A stretch of DNA of 64,000 bases from an uncultured Spirochaetaceae bacterium (GTDB taxonomy: Bacteria; Spirochaetota; Spirochaetia; DSM-27196; PWMO01). This document shows, piece after piece, positions 34,140 to 42,348 of this stretch. The translations under genes were made by a program, and so were the position numbers. The stretch covers positions 4,994-68,993 of the forward strand of contig CAZZIE010000004.1 of NCBI GenBank assembly GCA_964654185.1. Reading direction: 5' to 3'. How positions within the stretch are numbered: position 1 is the first letter of the stretch; every line of letters starts with the position of its first letter. A model generated the notes under the pieces. It saw only the letters and a program-made list of their open reading frames with translations, did no database searches and was not told the DNA's origin.

Positions 34140-37100
34140 GAGCTGCCTCCTTTTCCACTGTCCGGGCTTCCAGGCACTTGCCGAAGTCACAGCGCAGACA
34201 TCTCGACGCCTGGCGCAACGCCACAACCTCCGACCAGGACTTCTCGACCTCGCTGAAGTTGTGCCGCCGCCGCTCTACGGGAATGGTCTCCAGTGCCTCT
34301 CGTTCGAAGGGCACCGGATCCGCATCCGGGTCGAAGGCCACATCCACCGGCTTGTCCTCCCGCCAGAAGGCGTGATTCTCACCGGTCAGATAGAGATCGA
34401 TGCCGACGGCCGCCCGTTCGCCCGCCCCGATCGCTTCCACGACCGACGCAGGCCCCAGGACGGCGTCACCCCCGGAGAAGATCCAGGGCACACTTGTCTG
34501 ACCCGTCTGATGGTCCGCGCGGATGAAACCGTCCCGGCTCACGGCAACCCCGACGTCGGCGATCAGGGGCGCCGCATCCAGCTTCTGGCCGATTGCGACG
34601 ATCACCTGATCCGCGGGGATCTCAATGATCTCCTTGCCCCGCCGCGTCGGCCGGCGCCGTCCGCTCCGGTCGAAGTCACCCAGGGTGAGCTCCGCGCACT
34701 GCATGCCGGTCACCGCGCCGTTCTCGTCGCGCTCAATGCCCACCGGCTGCGTGAGGGTCCGCAGGTCGACGCCCTCGGCGACGGCCTCTTCGATCTCCTC
34801 CGCGTACGCCGGCATCTGGTCCCGGGTCCGCCGATAGACGACGGTAACTTCCGCGCCCAGACGGATCGCTGTTCGCGCCGCGTCGATAGCCGCATTCCCG
34901 CCGCCGACGACGACCACGCGGTCGCCCACCGGCGCGGAACCCCGAACGTTGTACTCCCGGAGGAAGTCACCGGCCCGGACCACGCCGTCACCGGCGCTTC
35001 CGGGAATGTCGAGATCGACACAGGCGGGGGACCCCGGGCCCAGGAAGACAGCGTCGTATCCATCGTCCTGAAGCTGCTTGAGGGTGAAGTCCCGGCCGAG
35101 GCGTTTCTCCGGATGGATGGTCACCCCGAGCTGCTCGATCATGCGGATCTCCCGCGCCAGGGTTTCCCGGGGCAGGCGGTATTCCGGAATGGCCTGAACC
35201 AGCATGCCGCCGGGTCGCGGCTGCGCCTCGAAGACCTCCGGACGGTAACCGAGCCGCGCCAGGAAGTAGCCGCAGGAGAGCCCCGCCGGCCCGGCGCCGA
35301 TGATCGCGACTTTCCGGTCGGCATTGGCCGGATCCTCCCGGACCTCCGGCGTCTGTACGACGATCTCCTGATCCACCATGAAGCGCTTCACCGCGCGGAT
35401 AGCTACCGGTGAATCGAGACTCGACCGGCGACACTTCTCCTCGCAGGTGTGGAAGCACACACGGGCGCACACCGCAGCGAAGGGATTCCGCTCCCGATGG
35501 AGGCGCAGCGCCTCGGCGTAGCGTTTCTCCTTGACCAGGCTGACAAAGCCGGGAACATCGACCCCGGCGGGACAAGCGGACTGACAGGGCGCCCGCACGA
35601 GGGATGGGCACACACCGGCGCTGCAGTGACGATCGCGGATGTGTTCGACGTACTCGTGCCGGAAGTGGCGGAGTGTCGAGAGCACGGGATTCGGCGCGGT
35701 CTGCCCCAATCCGCAGAGAGCGGTGTCCTTGATCGACCGACCGAGTCGCTCCAGCCGGTCGATGTCTTCCATCTCGCCCCGGCCCTCGCAGATCCGGTCC
35801 AGGATCTCCAGCATGCGCTTCGTCCCGACGCGGCAGGAGGTGCACTTGCCGCAGGATTCCTCCTGCACGAACTCCAGGAAGAAGCGCGCCACGTCGACCA
35901 TACAGGCGTCATCGTCCATGACAATGAGACCGCCCGACCCCATGATGGCGCCGAGCTCGTTCAGCGACGCGTAGTCGAGAGGAACGTTGAGGTGCTCCTT
36001 GGGGATGCACCCGCCGGAGGGTCCGCCGATCTGGGCGGCCTTGAAGGGCTTGTCGTTCTTGATGCCGCCACCGATGTCGTAGATCACCTCGCCCAGAGTC
36101 GTCCCAATGGGAACCTCCACCAGGCCGGCGTTTCGGATCGATCCCGCCAGGGCGAAAACCTTGGTGCCGGGACTGTCCTCGGTACCGCTCTTCTCGTAGG
36201 TGGCGGGGCCGAGGGAGAAGACCGCCGGGACGTTGGCGTAGGTCTCCACGTTGTTCAGGAGGGTCGGCTGCCCCCAGAGTCCCTTCTGCGCGGGAAAGGG
36301 TGGCCGTGGTCGCGGCTCGCCGCGCTTGCCCTCGATCGAATGGATCAGGGCGGTCTCCTCGCCGCACACGAAAGCACCGGAGCCCTTCCGGTACCCCAGG
36401 GTGAAGGAGAAGCCCGTTCCCATGATGTCGTCACCCAGGAGACCGTACTCGGTAGCCTGCTTGATGGCGTTGTCCAGGCGTGCAACCGCCAGGGGATACT
36501 CCGCCCGGACGTAGACGTACCCGGCGGAGGCACCGATGGCGAAGGCGGCAATGGCCATGCCCTCAATGACGCTGTGTGGATCGCCCTCGAGGAGACTCCG
36601 ATCCATGAAGGCGCCGGGGTCGCCTTCGTCGGCGTTGCAGAGCACGTACTTCGGGGTGCCCTCGGCAATGCGGGTGGCGTCCCACTTGAGCCAGGTCGGG
36701 AACCCGGCGCCCCCGCGACCGCGCAGGCCCGAGGTCTTCACGCCCTTGATCACGGCGGCAGGATCATTGGCCGCGAGGATGGTGGCCAGGCTCTGGTAGC
36801 CGCCGGCGGCAATGTAGTCATCTATGCTCGTGGGATCTATATTGCCGCAGTTTCTGAGCACCACCTTCTGCTGCCGACTGAAGAACTCAATGGCGTCGCG
36901 GTGATCCGCTGCCGCCTGTTCCTCCGAGACGTCGCGGTGGAAGAGCCGCTTGACGGGGTTGCCCGCGACAATGTGGCTCTCGACGATCTCCTTCGCGTCC
37001 TCGGGCCGTACGCCCTGGTAGAAGACGCCGTCCGGTTCCACCACGACCACCGGACCTTCGGCGCAGGGCCCCATGCATCCGGTACTCTTCAGCTCGACCT

Positions 37101-37296
37101 TTCCGAGAGCGCCGTCCTCTCCATCGGCGCCTCTCGCCGCGTCGAGGGCGCTCTCCAGGGCGGTGCGAATCTCGTCCGCACCCGACGCAAGACATCCACC
37201 ACCGGCGCAGACGAGAATCTTCCGGGGCTTCCGGGAGGAGGACTTCTTCAGTTTGGCCCGCAGGTTTGCAAGAGAGTCCGTAGATTTGACGTTCAT
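34132..37296 (-). CDS. hydB: HydB-type flavoprotein (Trx-like 2Fe-2S plus NuoF-like FMN/NADH/4Fe-4S) fused C-terminally to a GltD/NfnB-like FAD-NAD(P)H module
   Basis: ILVCAGGGC...GCMGPC, GLRGRGGAGFPTWLKW, NADEGDPGAF, ESCGKCTSCRVG, then CQSACPAGVDVPGFV...AAVCARVCFHTCEEKC, VAIIGAGPAGLSCGYFL, VVVVGGGNAAIDAART, FSGGD. ATG at 37296 overlaps the hydC stop (ATGA) and has GGAGG upstream. Confidence 0.88.
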   Translation of the reverse strand: MNVKSTDSLANLRAKLKKSSSRKPRKILVCAGGGCLASGADEIRTALESALDAARGADGEDGALGKVELKSTGCMGPCAEGPVVVVEPDGVFYQGVRPEDAKEIVESHIVAGNPVKRLFHRDVSEEQAAADHRDAIEFFSRQQKVVLRNCGNIDPTSIDDYIAAGGYQSLATILAANDPAAVIKGVKTSGLRGRGGAGFPTWLKWDATRIAEGTPKYVLCNADEGDPGAFMDRSLLEGDPHSVIEGMAIAAFAIGASAGYVYVRAEYPLAVARLDNAIKQATEYGLLGDDIMGTGFSFTLGYRKGSGAFVCGEETALIHSIEGKRGEPRPRPPFPAQKGLWGQPTLLNNVETYANVPAVFSLGPATYEKSGTEDSPGTKVFALAGSIRNAGLVEVPIGTTLGEVIYDIGGGIKNDKPFKAAQIGGPSGGCIPKEHLNVPLDYASLNELGAIMGSGGLIVMDDDACMVDVARFFLEFVQEESCGKCTSCRVGTKRMLEILDRICEGRGEMEDIDRLERLGRSIKDTALCGLGQTAPNPVLSTLRHFRHEYVEHIRDRHCSAGVCPSLVRAPCQSACPAGVDVPGFVSLVKEKRYAEALRLHRERNPFAAVCARVCFHTCEEKCRRSSLDSPVAIRAVKRFMVDQEIVVQTPEVREDPANADRKVAIIGAGPAGLSCGYFLARLGYRPEVFEAQPRPGGMLVQAIPEYRLPRETLAREIRMIEQLGVTIHPEKRLGRDFTLKQLQDDGYDAVFLGPGSPACVDLDIPGSAGDGVVRAGDFLREYNVRGSAPVGDRVVVVGGGNAAIDAARTAIRLGAEVTVVYRRTRDQMPAYAEEIEEAVAEGVDLRTLTQPVGIERDENGAVTGMQCAELTLGDFDRSGRRRPTRRGKEIIEIPADQVIVAIGQKLDAAPLIADVGVAVSRDGFIRADHQTGQTSVPWIFSGGDAVLGPASVVEAIGAGERAAVGIDLYLTGENHAFWREDKPVDVAFDPDADPVPFEREALETIPVERRRHNFSEVEKSWSEVVALRQASRCLRCDFGKCLEARTVEKEAARG

Positions 37297-37796
37297 TCCG
37301 CTGCCTCCGTCCCTCGATACTGATCGAGAAGGTCCGCCGCCCGGGCGGGCTTCACCTGCTGGTGAACGTCCTCGTCGATCACGACGACCGGTGCCAGCCC
37401 ACATGCGCCGAAGCACCTGCCGATCTCCAGGGTGAACTCTCCGTCTCCCGTGGTATCCCCTACCGAGACGCCCAGGCAGTCGCACAGGCGTTCCACCAGC
37501 TGTTTACCGCCGCGGACGTAGCACGCCGTTCCCAGACACGCGCGAACGGTGTGGCGTCCTCGCGGTTGCGTCGAGAAGAGGGAGTAGAAGGAAACCACTC
37601 CCGCCACTTCGCTGTAGGGAATCTTCAGAGTCCCCGAGATGTGCTGCAACACCTCCTCGGGCAGATACCCGAGCCACTCCTGCACGTCCTGCAGGACCGG
37701 TATGAGGGCACCGCGCTCCTCGATGTGCGTTTCGATGATCGAATCCAGCTGTTCGTAGGAGAAGGTTGCGGGAAGCGGGTGGACGGAGTTCGACAT
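37293..37796 (-). CDS. hydC: NuoE-like [2Fe-2S] subunit of the hydrogenase
   Basis: ALIPVLQDVQEWLGYLP...CLGTACYVRG...IGRCFGACGLAPVV. AGGAGG upstream. Confidence 0.88.
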   Translation of the reverse strand: MSNSVHPLPATFSYEQLDSIIETHIEERGALIPVLQDVQEWLGYLPEEVLQHISGTLKIPYSEVAGVVSFYSLFSTQPRGRHTVRACLGTACYVRGGKQLVERLCDCLGVSVGDTTGDGEFTLEIGRCFGACGLAPVVVIDEDVHQQVKPARAADLLDQYRGTEAAE

Positions 37797-37869
37797 GCGG
37801 ACCTCCTGATATATGTGGGCGGGAAGATCCAGCCGGGAAGCGCCTTCACGCCCAAGTTAAGGGGAAATC

Positions 37870-37908
37870 ATATCGATATTTCCCAATAGATATCTTAGCA
37901 TCGATATC
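37870..37908. promoter_or_regulatory. array of three ATMGATAT boxes spaced exactly 14 bp apart (candidate operator)
   Basis: ATCGATAT at 37872-37879 (within the perfect palindrome ATATCGATAT, 37870-37879), ATAGATAT at 37886-37893 (within AGATATCT), and ATCGATAT at 37900-37907. Confidence 0.5.
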
Positions 37909-37919
37909 TGACCTGTCAA
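37892..37919 (-). promoter_or_regulatory. sigma70-like promoter for hydCBA
   Basis: On the minus strand: TTGACA (complement of 37914-37919), 16 nt, TAAGAT (complement of 37892-37897). The boxes above overlap the spacer, the -10 element and the early transcribed region. Confidence 0.55.
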
Positions 37920-37960
37920 GTGTAATTTGTAGTCAACATTACAGGGTTGCTCAGGAAATA

Positions 37961-38377
37961 ATGGCTGCCGGAGGTTCTGTTTCTCGTGCTCCGGCGGTTG
38001 CCTCCAGGCCCGGAAGCGAAGTATGCTCCCTGTGCCCAATGCGAGTTCGTGAATCCCATTCTGAAGTACTGACGCGGCTGGTTCGGTCGCTGCCGAAAGT
38101 GGTCGTACAGAACCGCCTCATGGCAACGAGTGACCGGGACGTTGCCCTGGCACTGCTCTACGTTCCCAAAGAGGATCGTCGGCCCGTTCTCGAGGCAATA
38201 TCAAAGGCCAAGCGCACGCGTGTGGAGGAGGAGATCCTCCTCCACGAACGCCTGCAGATTTCGTGGAAGCATTATGAAACGGCGGTCTCGCAGCTGATCC
38301 GCGCCCTGCAGGAGAACAGCGCGCAGAAGGGCGCCCGAAGCTATCTGCGACCGCTCAGGCCCCGCCCTTCCGAATAA
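37961..38377 (+). CDS. small protein with a FliG-C/MgtE-N-like helical repeat (hypothetical)
   Basis: ATG at 37961 with AGGAAA upstream. [36 protein letters not shown]...[13 protein letters not shown] resembles the FliG C-terminal/ARM-like motif (..DRD.alALk....e.r..il..mSkRaa..l.eem). Confidence 0.45.
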   Translation: MAAGGSVSRAPAVASRPGSEVCSLCPMRVRESHSEVLTRLVRSLPKVVVQNRLMATSDRDVALALLYVPKEDRRPVLEAISKAKRTRVEEEILLHERLQISWKHYETAVSQLIRALQENSAQKGARSYLRPLRPRPSE

Positions 38378-40898
38378 AGGCGTCCCGGTAACCTTTGGCG
38401 CGAATCCAGTACAGGACGCTACCCCGCTCGTCCTCATTCAACGGTCCAACAAAGAGGCGGTACAGCTCACGATCTTCGCCTGCCGCGGAGAGGACCGCGA
38501 CGGGATAGGTACCGCGAAGATTGTCCACCGCGCTCTTTGCACTCTGGGGATCCGAGAAGGCCCCGACCTGGAGGTAGAAAGACTCCGGCGATAGCGTGTT
38601 GATGAGCGGCAGATTCTCCCTGGCCCAGCTCCGCCCAACCCGGACCGGTTCCTCCGGCGCCGGCTCCTCGGGCTCGGCTTCCTCGGGGGGTTCCTCTTCC
38701 GGCGCTTCGGCGACGCGTTCCTCGGGCTCTTCCGCAGCGGGCTCTTCCGGAGCGGGCTCTTCCGGAGCCGGCGCCTCCTCCGGGGCTTCCTCGGCGGGCG
38801 GCCGCTCGGTCACCCGGGGAGGACGCTCTTCCGCGGGCTCGAGCCTCGGTTCTGCGACGGTAGCCTCCGGTGGCTCCATCTCCTCGTCCTGGGGCGGTTC
38901 CGCCCGCTCAATCGGCGGTTCCGGCTCCGTGGCTGCAAGGCTCGGCGCCTCCGCACCGTCGGCAAACTCCTCCGCCGGCGGCTCGACCTGCCCGAGTGTT
39001 GCCTCAGGCTCGGTCACTTCCGCAACGGCGGTCGGCTCCTCGGGCTCCGCCTCCTCCGCAACGGGAGGTTCCAGTTCCTCTTCTGCGCGATCCTCCGCCT
39101 CAGCCACGGTCGGCGCCGGCGTGCGCGCCGCGATCTCCGAGGGCTCCTCGTCGCTGTCAGGGGTCTCCAGGCTCTCCTCTGAGGGATCCGCGAGCTCCGG
39201 CGGCCGCAACTCGGCGGGCTCCAGCGAGATGACCGCGTCTTCGGGAATCGTCGGCGTTATGGTCTCTTCGGCCTCGGCCTCCGGCTCTTCCGCAACAGCT
39301 TCGTCCCCCTCCGCCGGCGGGCCGGGCTCCGCCTTTGCGAGGCGCTCGGGAAGCTCGTCATCCGGCGCAGCGATCCGCCCGAGGCCCTCGGCGATCGGCC
39401 TCTTCGGGGTCGGACTTGCAAGCACAGCGGCCGGACCGAGCCCTTCGACGGGAGGAGACACGACGGGGAGCCCGTCGGCATCGACCTCAGGAGCCTCTGC
39501 CGGAGCCTCTTCATCAGGCGCCTCTTCCGCCGGTGCCGCCTCGGCCGGTGCGTCCTCGGCAATGCGCGGCTCGTCGGTTACGTCGGGTCGCGCCATGGAA
39601 GTGCCGGCCAGGGCCTCCGCCTCGTCCGGAGGTACCGGCGTGGCGAGATAGGTCCCAACATCGTCGGGCTGCGGCGCAGGAAAGAGGTTCTTCCGGGGAA
39701 ACCGGTCGCTCAGGGCGCGCAGAGATTCCGCCAGAACGCTCGGTGCCGCCTCCGCGGGCTCTACCGGCTCCGCAGGCTCAGCCGGTTCCTCGGCGGGTTC
39801 CGCCACCTCGGGTTCCGCAGCGGGTTCAGGCTCCGCGGGCGGACTCGGCGGGAGGACTTCCGCGACGGGAGGCTCCTCCGGCGTCGGCTCGGGGACCGCA
39901 AGAGTGTCCGTCGTTGCCGGCGTCTCTGCCGGCTCCTCCGCGGGTTCCGCCTCGGCGCGGCGCAGACCCTCCGAAGCTTCGCGAATGCCCGCGCCCAGGC
40001 CGCGGCCTGCACGAGAAGCGGCCTCAGCCTCGGGTTGCTCTTCCGGCTCGGGCTCCTCCTCGGGCTCGGGCTCCTCAGCCGCCTCGGCTACCGGAGCCTC
40101 CTCGTCCTCGGGACGGATGGCTTCCTGCACCTCGGGGGTCGGAATCCCGTTACCGGGCTCCTCCCGGGGAGGGGCGGGGGTCATGGGAAGGCTCTCATCC
40201 GGCGCTTCGGCTACGCGCGGCGCAGCCTCTTCGGCCGGCTCCGGTTCCGGTTCAGGTTCAGGCTCCGGTTCAGGTTCAGGTTCAGGTTCCGGCTCCGGTT
40301 CAGGTTCAGGTTCCGGTTCAGGTTCGGGTTCGGGTTCGGGCTCCGGTTCGGGTTCGGGTTCCGGCTCCGGCTCCGGCGCGGGTTCGGGTTCAGGTTCGGG
40401 TTCAGGTTCCGGCTCCGGCTCCGGCTCAGGTTCGGGCTCGGCCTGGGCAACGGATTCCGGGACCTCACGCTGCCGGAGGATCTCGCGGTTCGGGTCGGAG
40501 AGGCTCGCAGAGGGGTTCACCTCGGGATCCCGGCTGTACGCGGCTTCGGGGCCGGCGGGAACGGCCGCGAGTCCGCCGGTGGTAGCCGGCTGTACGCGCA
40601 CCTGGGCGGGATCGTCCGCGTCGAGACCGAGTTGATCGGCGGCATCCTGGGACACCGTCAGGAAGATTCCCGGCTGAGATACGCGCCCCACCACAATGAC
40701 CTCGACGGTACGGCCGTTCTCCGGGTTGGTCACCTCGATCACGGTGTTCCGCTCAAAGCTGTTGGAAGCGGCGTAGAGACCTTCCCGGGGGAACTGGTTA
40801 TATCCGCCGACGGCGGCGGTGCCTTCCCAGACGTTCTGCCCGAACAGAAAGCCTGCGCAGACCACGAGAAAGATGAGACTTAATGCGAACCGCTTCAT
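38355..40898 (-). CDS. RlpA-like (DPBB) lipoprotein-type protein with a long acidic Glu/Pro/Ala-rich spacer and a C-terminal SPOR domain
   Basis: Start at [20 protein letters not shown] (ATG at 40898, GGAGGAG upstream). DPBB-like segment: [23 protein letters not shown]...[13 protein letters not shown]. About 600 aa are low-complexity, including about 34 EP dipeptides. SPOR-like segment: [21 protein letters not shown]...YRLFVGPL. Confidence 0.8.
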   Translation of the reverse strand: MKRFALSLIFLVVCAGFLFGQNVWEGTAAVGGYNQFPREGLYAASNSFERNTVIEVTNPENGRTVEVIVVGRVSQPGIFLTVSQDAADQLGLDADDPAQVRVQPATTGGLAAVPAGPEAAYSRDPEVNPSASLSDPNREILRQREVPESVAQAEPEPEPEPEPEPEPEPEPEPAPEPEPEPEPEPEPEPEPEPEPEPEPEPEPEPEPEPEPEPEPEPEPEPAEEAAPRVAEAPDESLPMTPAPPREEPGNGIPTPEVQEAIRPEDEEAPVAEAAEEPEPEEEPEPEEQPEAEAASRAGRGLGAGIREASEGLRRAEAEPAEEPAETPATTDTLAVPEPTPEEPPVAEVLPPSPPAEPEPAAEPEVAEPAEEPAEPAEPVEPAEAAPSVLAESLRALSDRFPRKNLFPAPQPDDVGTYLATPVPPDEAEALAGTSMARPDVTDEPRIAEDAPAEAAPAEEAPDEEAPAEAPEVDADGLPVVSPPVEGLGPAAVLASPTPKRPIAEGLGRIAAPDDELPERLAKAEPGPPAEGDEAVAEEPEAEAEETITPTIPEDAVISLEPAELRPPELADPSEESLETPDSDEEPSEIAARTPAPTVAEAEDRAEEELEPPVAEEAEPEEPTAVAEVTEPEATLGQVEPPAEEFADGAEAPSLAATEPEPPIERAEPPQDEEMEPPEATVAEPRLEPAEERPPRVTERPPAEEAPEEAPAPEEPAPEEPAAEEPEERVAEAPEEEPPEEAEPEEPAPEEPVRVGRSWARENLPLINTLSPESFYLQVGAFSDPQSAKSAVDNLRGTYPVAVLSAAGEDRELYRLFVGPLNEDERGSVLYWIRAKGYRDAFIRKGGA
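40236..40440. repeat. hexanucleotide (GGYTCN) tandem repeat of about 34 units encoding (Glu-Pro)n
   Basis: An uninterrupted run of GGCTCC/GGTTCC/GGTTCA/GGTTCG units, read directly from the sequence. Confidence 0.9.
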
Positions 40899-40949
40899 GT
40901 CGAGACTCCTCCACCTTTTATGTTCGGCGCGCCGGGAAAAGAGTTGAGT

Positions 40950-40982
40950 GCGGTTGCAGCCGCTCCGTGATCGAGCAACCGC
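40950..40982 (-). terminator. candidate intrinsic terminator between the hypothetical gene and the RlpA/SPOR gene
   Basis: GCGGTTGC (40950-40957) pairs with GCAACCGC (40975-40982). On the minus strand it is followed by ...CTCTTTTCC. The 13-bp direct repeat CCGCTCCGTGATC (40960-40972 and 40979-40991) overlaps it. Confidence 0.4.
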
Positions 40983-41004
40983 TCCGTGATCAAAGGACGT
41001 TTCT

Positions 41005-41508
41005 CTATCGCATCTTCTCCGAAAACGCCGATCCGACGCGCCGTCCGAGGTTGTAGCCGGCCCGCTCAATGCTTCCGGCCTCCTCGTCACTGAGGACTTC
41101 CACCGGCAGGGTCTCGCTCCGGGGAGCCCGGCCGCCGCCGATCTGCATCCACGCGTACTCCACCTCGCGGAGTACGAGAGCGTCCCGCCCGCGATCGAAG
41201 GTGACGACGGCGTCCACGACGTACCCGGCGCCCCCATCGCTCGCAATCTCCACGACCTGTGCGGTGCTGGAGACTGCGTCATGCCGGGACCGGTTGAAGA
41301 CGATGTGCCCCATGTCGAAGAGCACGTCCATGATGCCCGCCTCGACGCTGCTCAAGTAGAATCCGACGTGGTCGGAGCCGGTATACTCTTCATTCGCTCG
41401 CACGGAGACCATGACGGTCTCCGCGAAGCCGGCGCCGGCAACGAACACTGCAAGGATCACAATCAACGCGACGCGGCGGCAGGTGATTAAGCCAAGGGGT
41501 AATCTCAT
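41005..41508 (-). CDS. hypothetical exported protein
   Basis: Start at [29 protein letters not shown] (signal/TM). No family recognised. The start is uncertain; ATG at 41553 is an alternative. Confidence 0.5.
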   Translation of the reverse strand: MRLPLGLITCRRVALIVILAVFVAGAGFAETVMVSVRANEEYTGSDHVGFYLSSVEAGIMDVLFDMGHIVFNRSRHDAVSSTAQVVEIASDGGAGYVVDAVVTFDRGRDALVLREVEYAWMQIGGGRAPRSETLPVEVLSDEEAGSIERAGYNLGRRVGSAFSEKMR

Positions 41509-41762
41509 ACTGATTCCGTCTATCCTCTCCAGGTGATCGAAGACACGTGACATTGCGGATGCGACGTCGGAAAGGAGTGCCGCTCCGCGAATCCACGCCC
41601 ATCCCGGTCTCGCGGTGTCCCGGTTTCGCGGTATAGCGCTTTCGCGCTCTCGCGCTCTCGGCGCGCTCACTTCATTGTCGGTGCCGAAGCGCCGTCAGTT
41701 GACGCTTCAAGCAGCCCGCCGGACGCTCAAGCAAGAGAAAGGACGAGCTGCACGTCGCTTTC

Positions 41763-41791
41763 TTGCTTTGAAGGTGCTCCTGTCGTAGAAT
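41763..41791 (+). promoter_or_regulatory. sigma70-like promoter of the NusG-paralogue operon
   Basis: TTGCTT (41763-41768), 17 nt, TAGAAT (41786-41791). An imperfect inverted repeat AAGCAAGAGAAAG...CTTTCTTGCTT (41738-41768) overlaps the -35 element. Confidence 0.55.
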
Positions 41792-41811
41792 GCCCCGCAC
41801 CTGTGAGTCCT

Positions 41812-42348
41812 ATGGAGTACTTCGTCGCGCAAGTACGGACCCGAAAGGAGTCCGCGTACATACGGTTGGCAAACAACCTCGAGCTCCCCGGAGTGCACCG
41901 GCTCATGTGGCCGCGCCGTGTGTTGAAAATACGAAGAAGAGGGATGGTCAAGAAGGCCGATGTGCCGGTCTTCCCCGGATACGTCTTCATTGAGGCCGAT
42001 GAGATTACCCCGGAGACGTACCAGCGCCTGCGCCGGTTGCCCTACTTCCTTCGCTTCCTCCCGGAGAACGAGGATATCAAACCCCTCAGTGATGAGGACA
42101 AGCGGGTGATCGCGCATCTCATTTCGTACGGCGAGGTCGTGCAGCCTTCCCGGGTGACCTTTGACGAGAACTCGCGCATTCTGGTGCTGGAAGGACCGTT
42201 GAAGGGACTTGAAGGACGCATTACGAAGATCGATCGTCGAAAGGGGCGCGCCAGAGTGCGCCTCGACCTCTACGACAACGCCTTCGAGGTGGACTTTGCA
42301 TTTGAGTCGCTGGAAAAGCTGAAGTCGACGGAACATGAGCGGACATGA
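41812..42348 (+). CDS. NusG-family specialised paralogue (RfaH/LoaP/UpxY-like antiterminator)
   Basis: YFVAQVRTRKESAY...VFPGYVFIEAD (NGN domain) and a C-terminal KOW-like segment (VLEGPLKGLEGRITKIDRRKGRARVRL). It sits first in a polysaccharide-type operon. GTG at 41803 is an alternative start. Confidence 0.75.
   Translation: MEYFVAQVRTRKESAYIRLANNLELPGVHRLMWPRRVLKIRRRGMVKKADVPVFPGYVFIEADEITPETYQRLRRLPYFLRFLPENEDIKPLSDEDKRVIAHLISYGEVVQPSRVTFDENSRILVLEGPLKGLEGRITKIDRRKGRARVRLDLYDNAFEVDFAFESLEKLKSTEHERT

Noticed and set aside
32475-37323. Long plus-strand ORFs (32475-34256, 33811-35412, 35449-37323) across the hydrogenase operon
   Set aside because: They are antisense to hydA and hydB, which have unambiguous H-cluster, NuoF and GltD motifs. 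Their composition is Arg/Gly/Pro/Leu-biased with no motifs.
37797-37960. Rex (redox-sensing repressor) operator upstream of hydCBA, and likewise upstream of nfnA and the mbx-like operon
   Set aside because: No match to TTGTGAA-n-TTCACAA was seen. The palindromes present are of the ATCGATAT/AGATATCT type instead.
40236-40440. A possible CRISPR or other non-coding array, given the long tandem repetition. The same question applies to 18823-18882, 20486-20545 and 57575-57614.
   Set aside because: The units are 6-30 bp with no spacers. The first three lie in frame inside coding sequences, where they encode (EP)n or Ala/Gly-rich linkers. The 10-bp repeat at 57575 is a plain tandem repeat. There are no cas genes.
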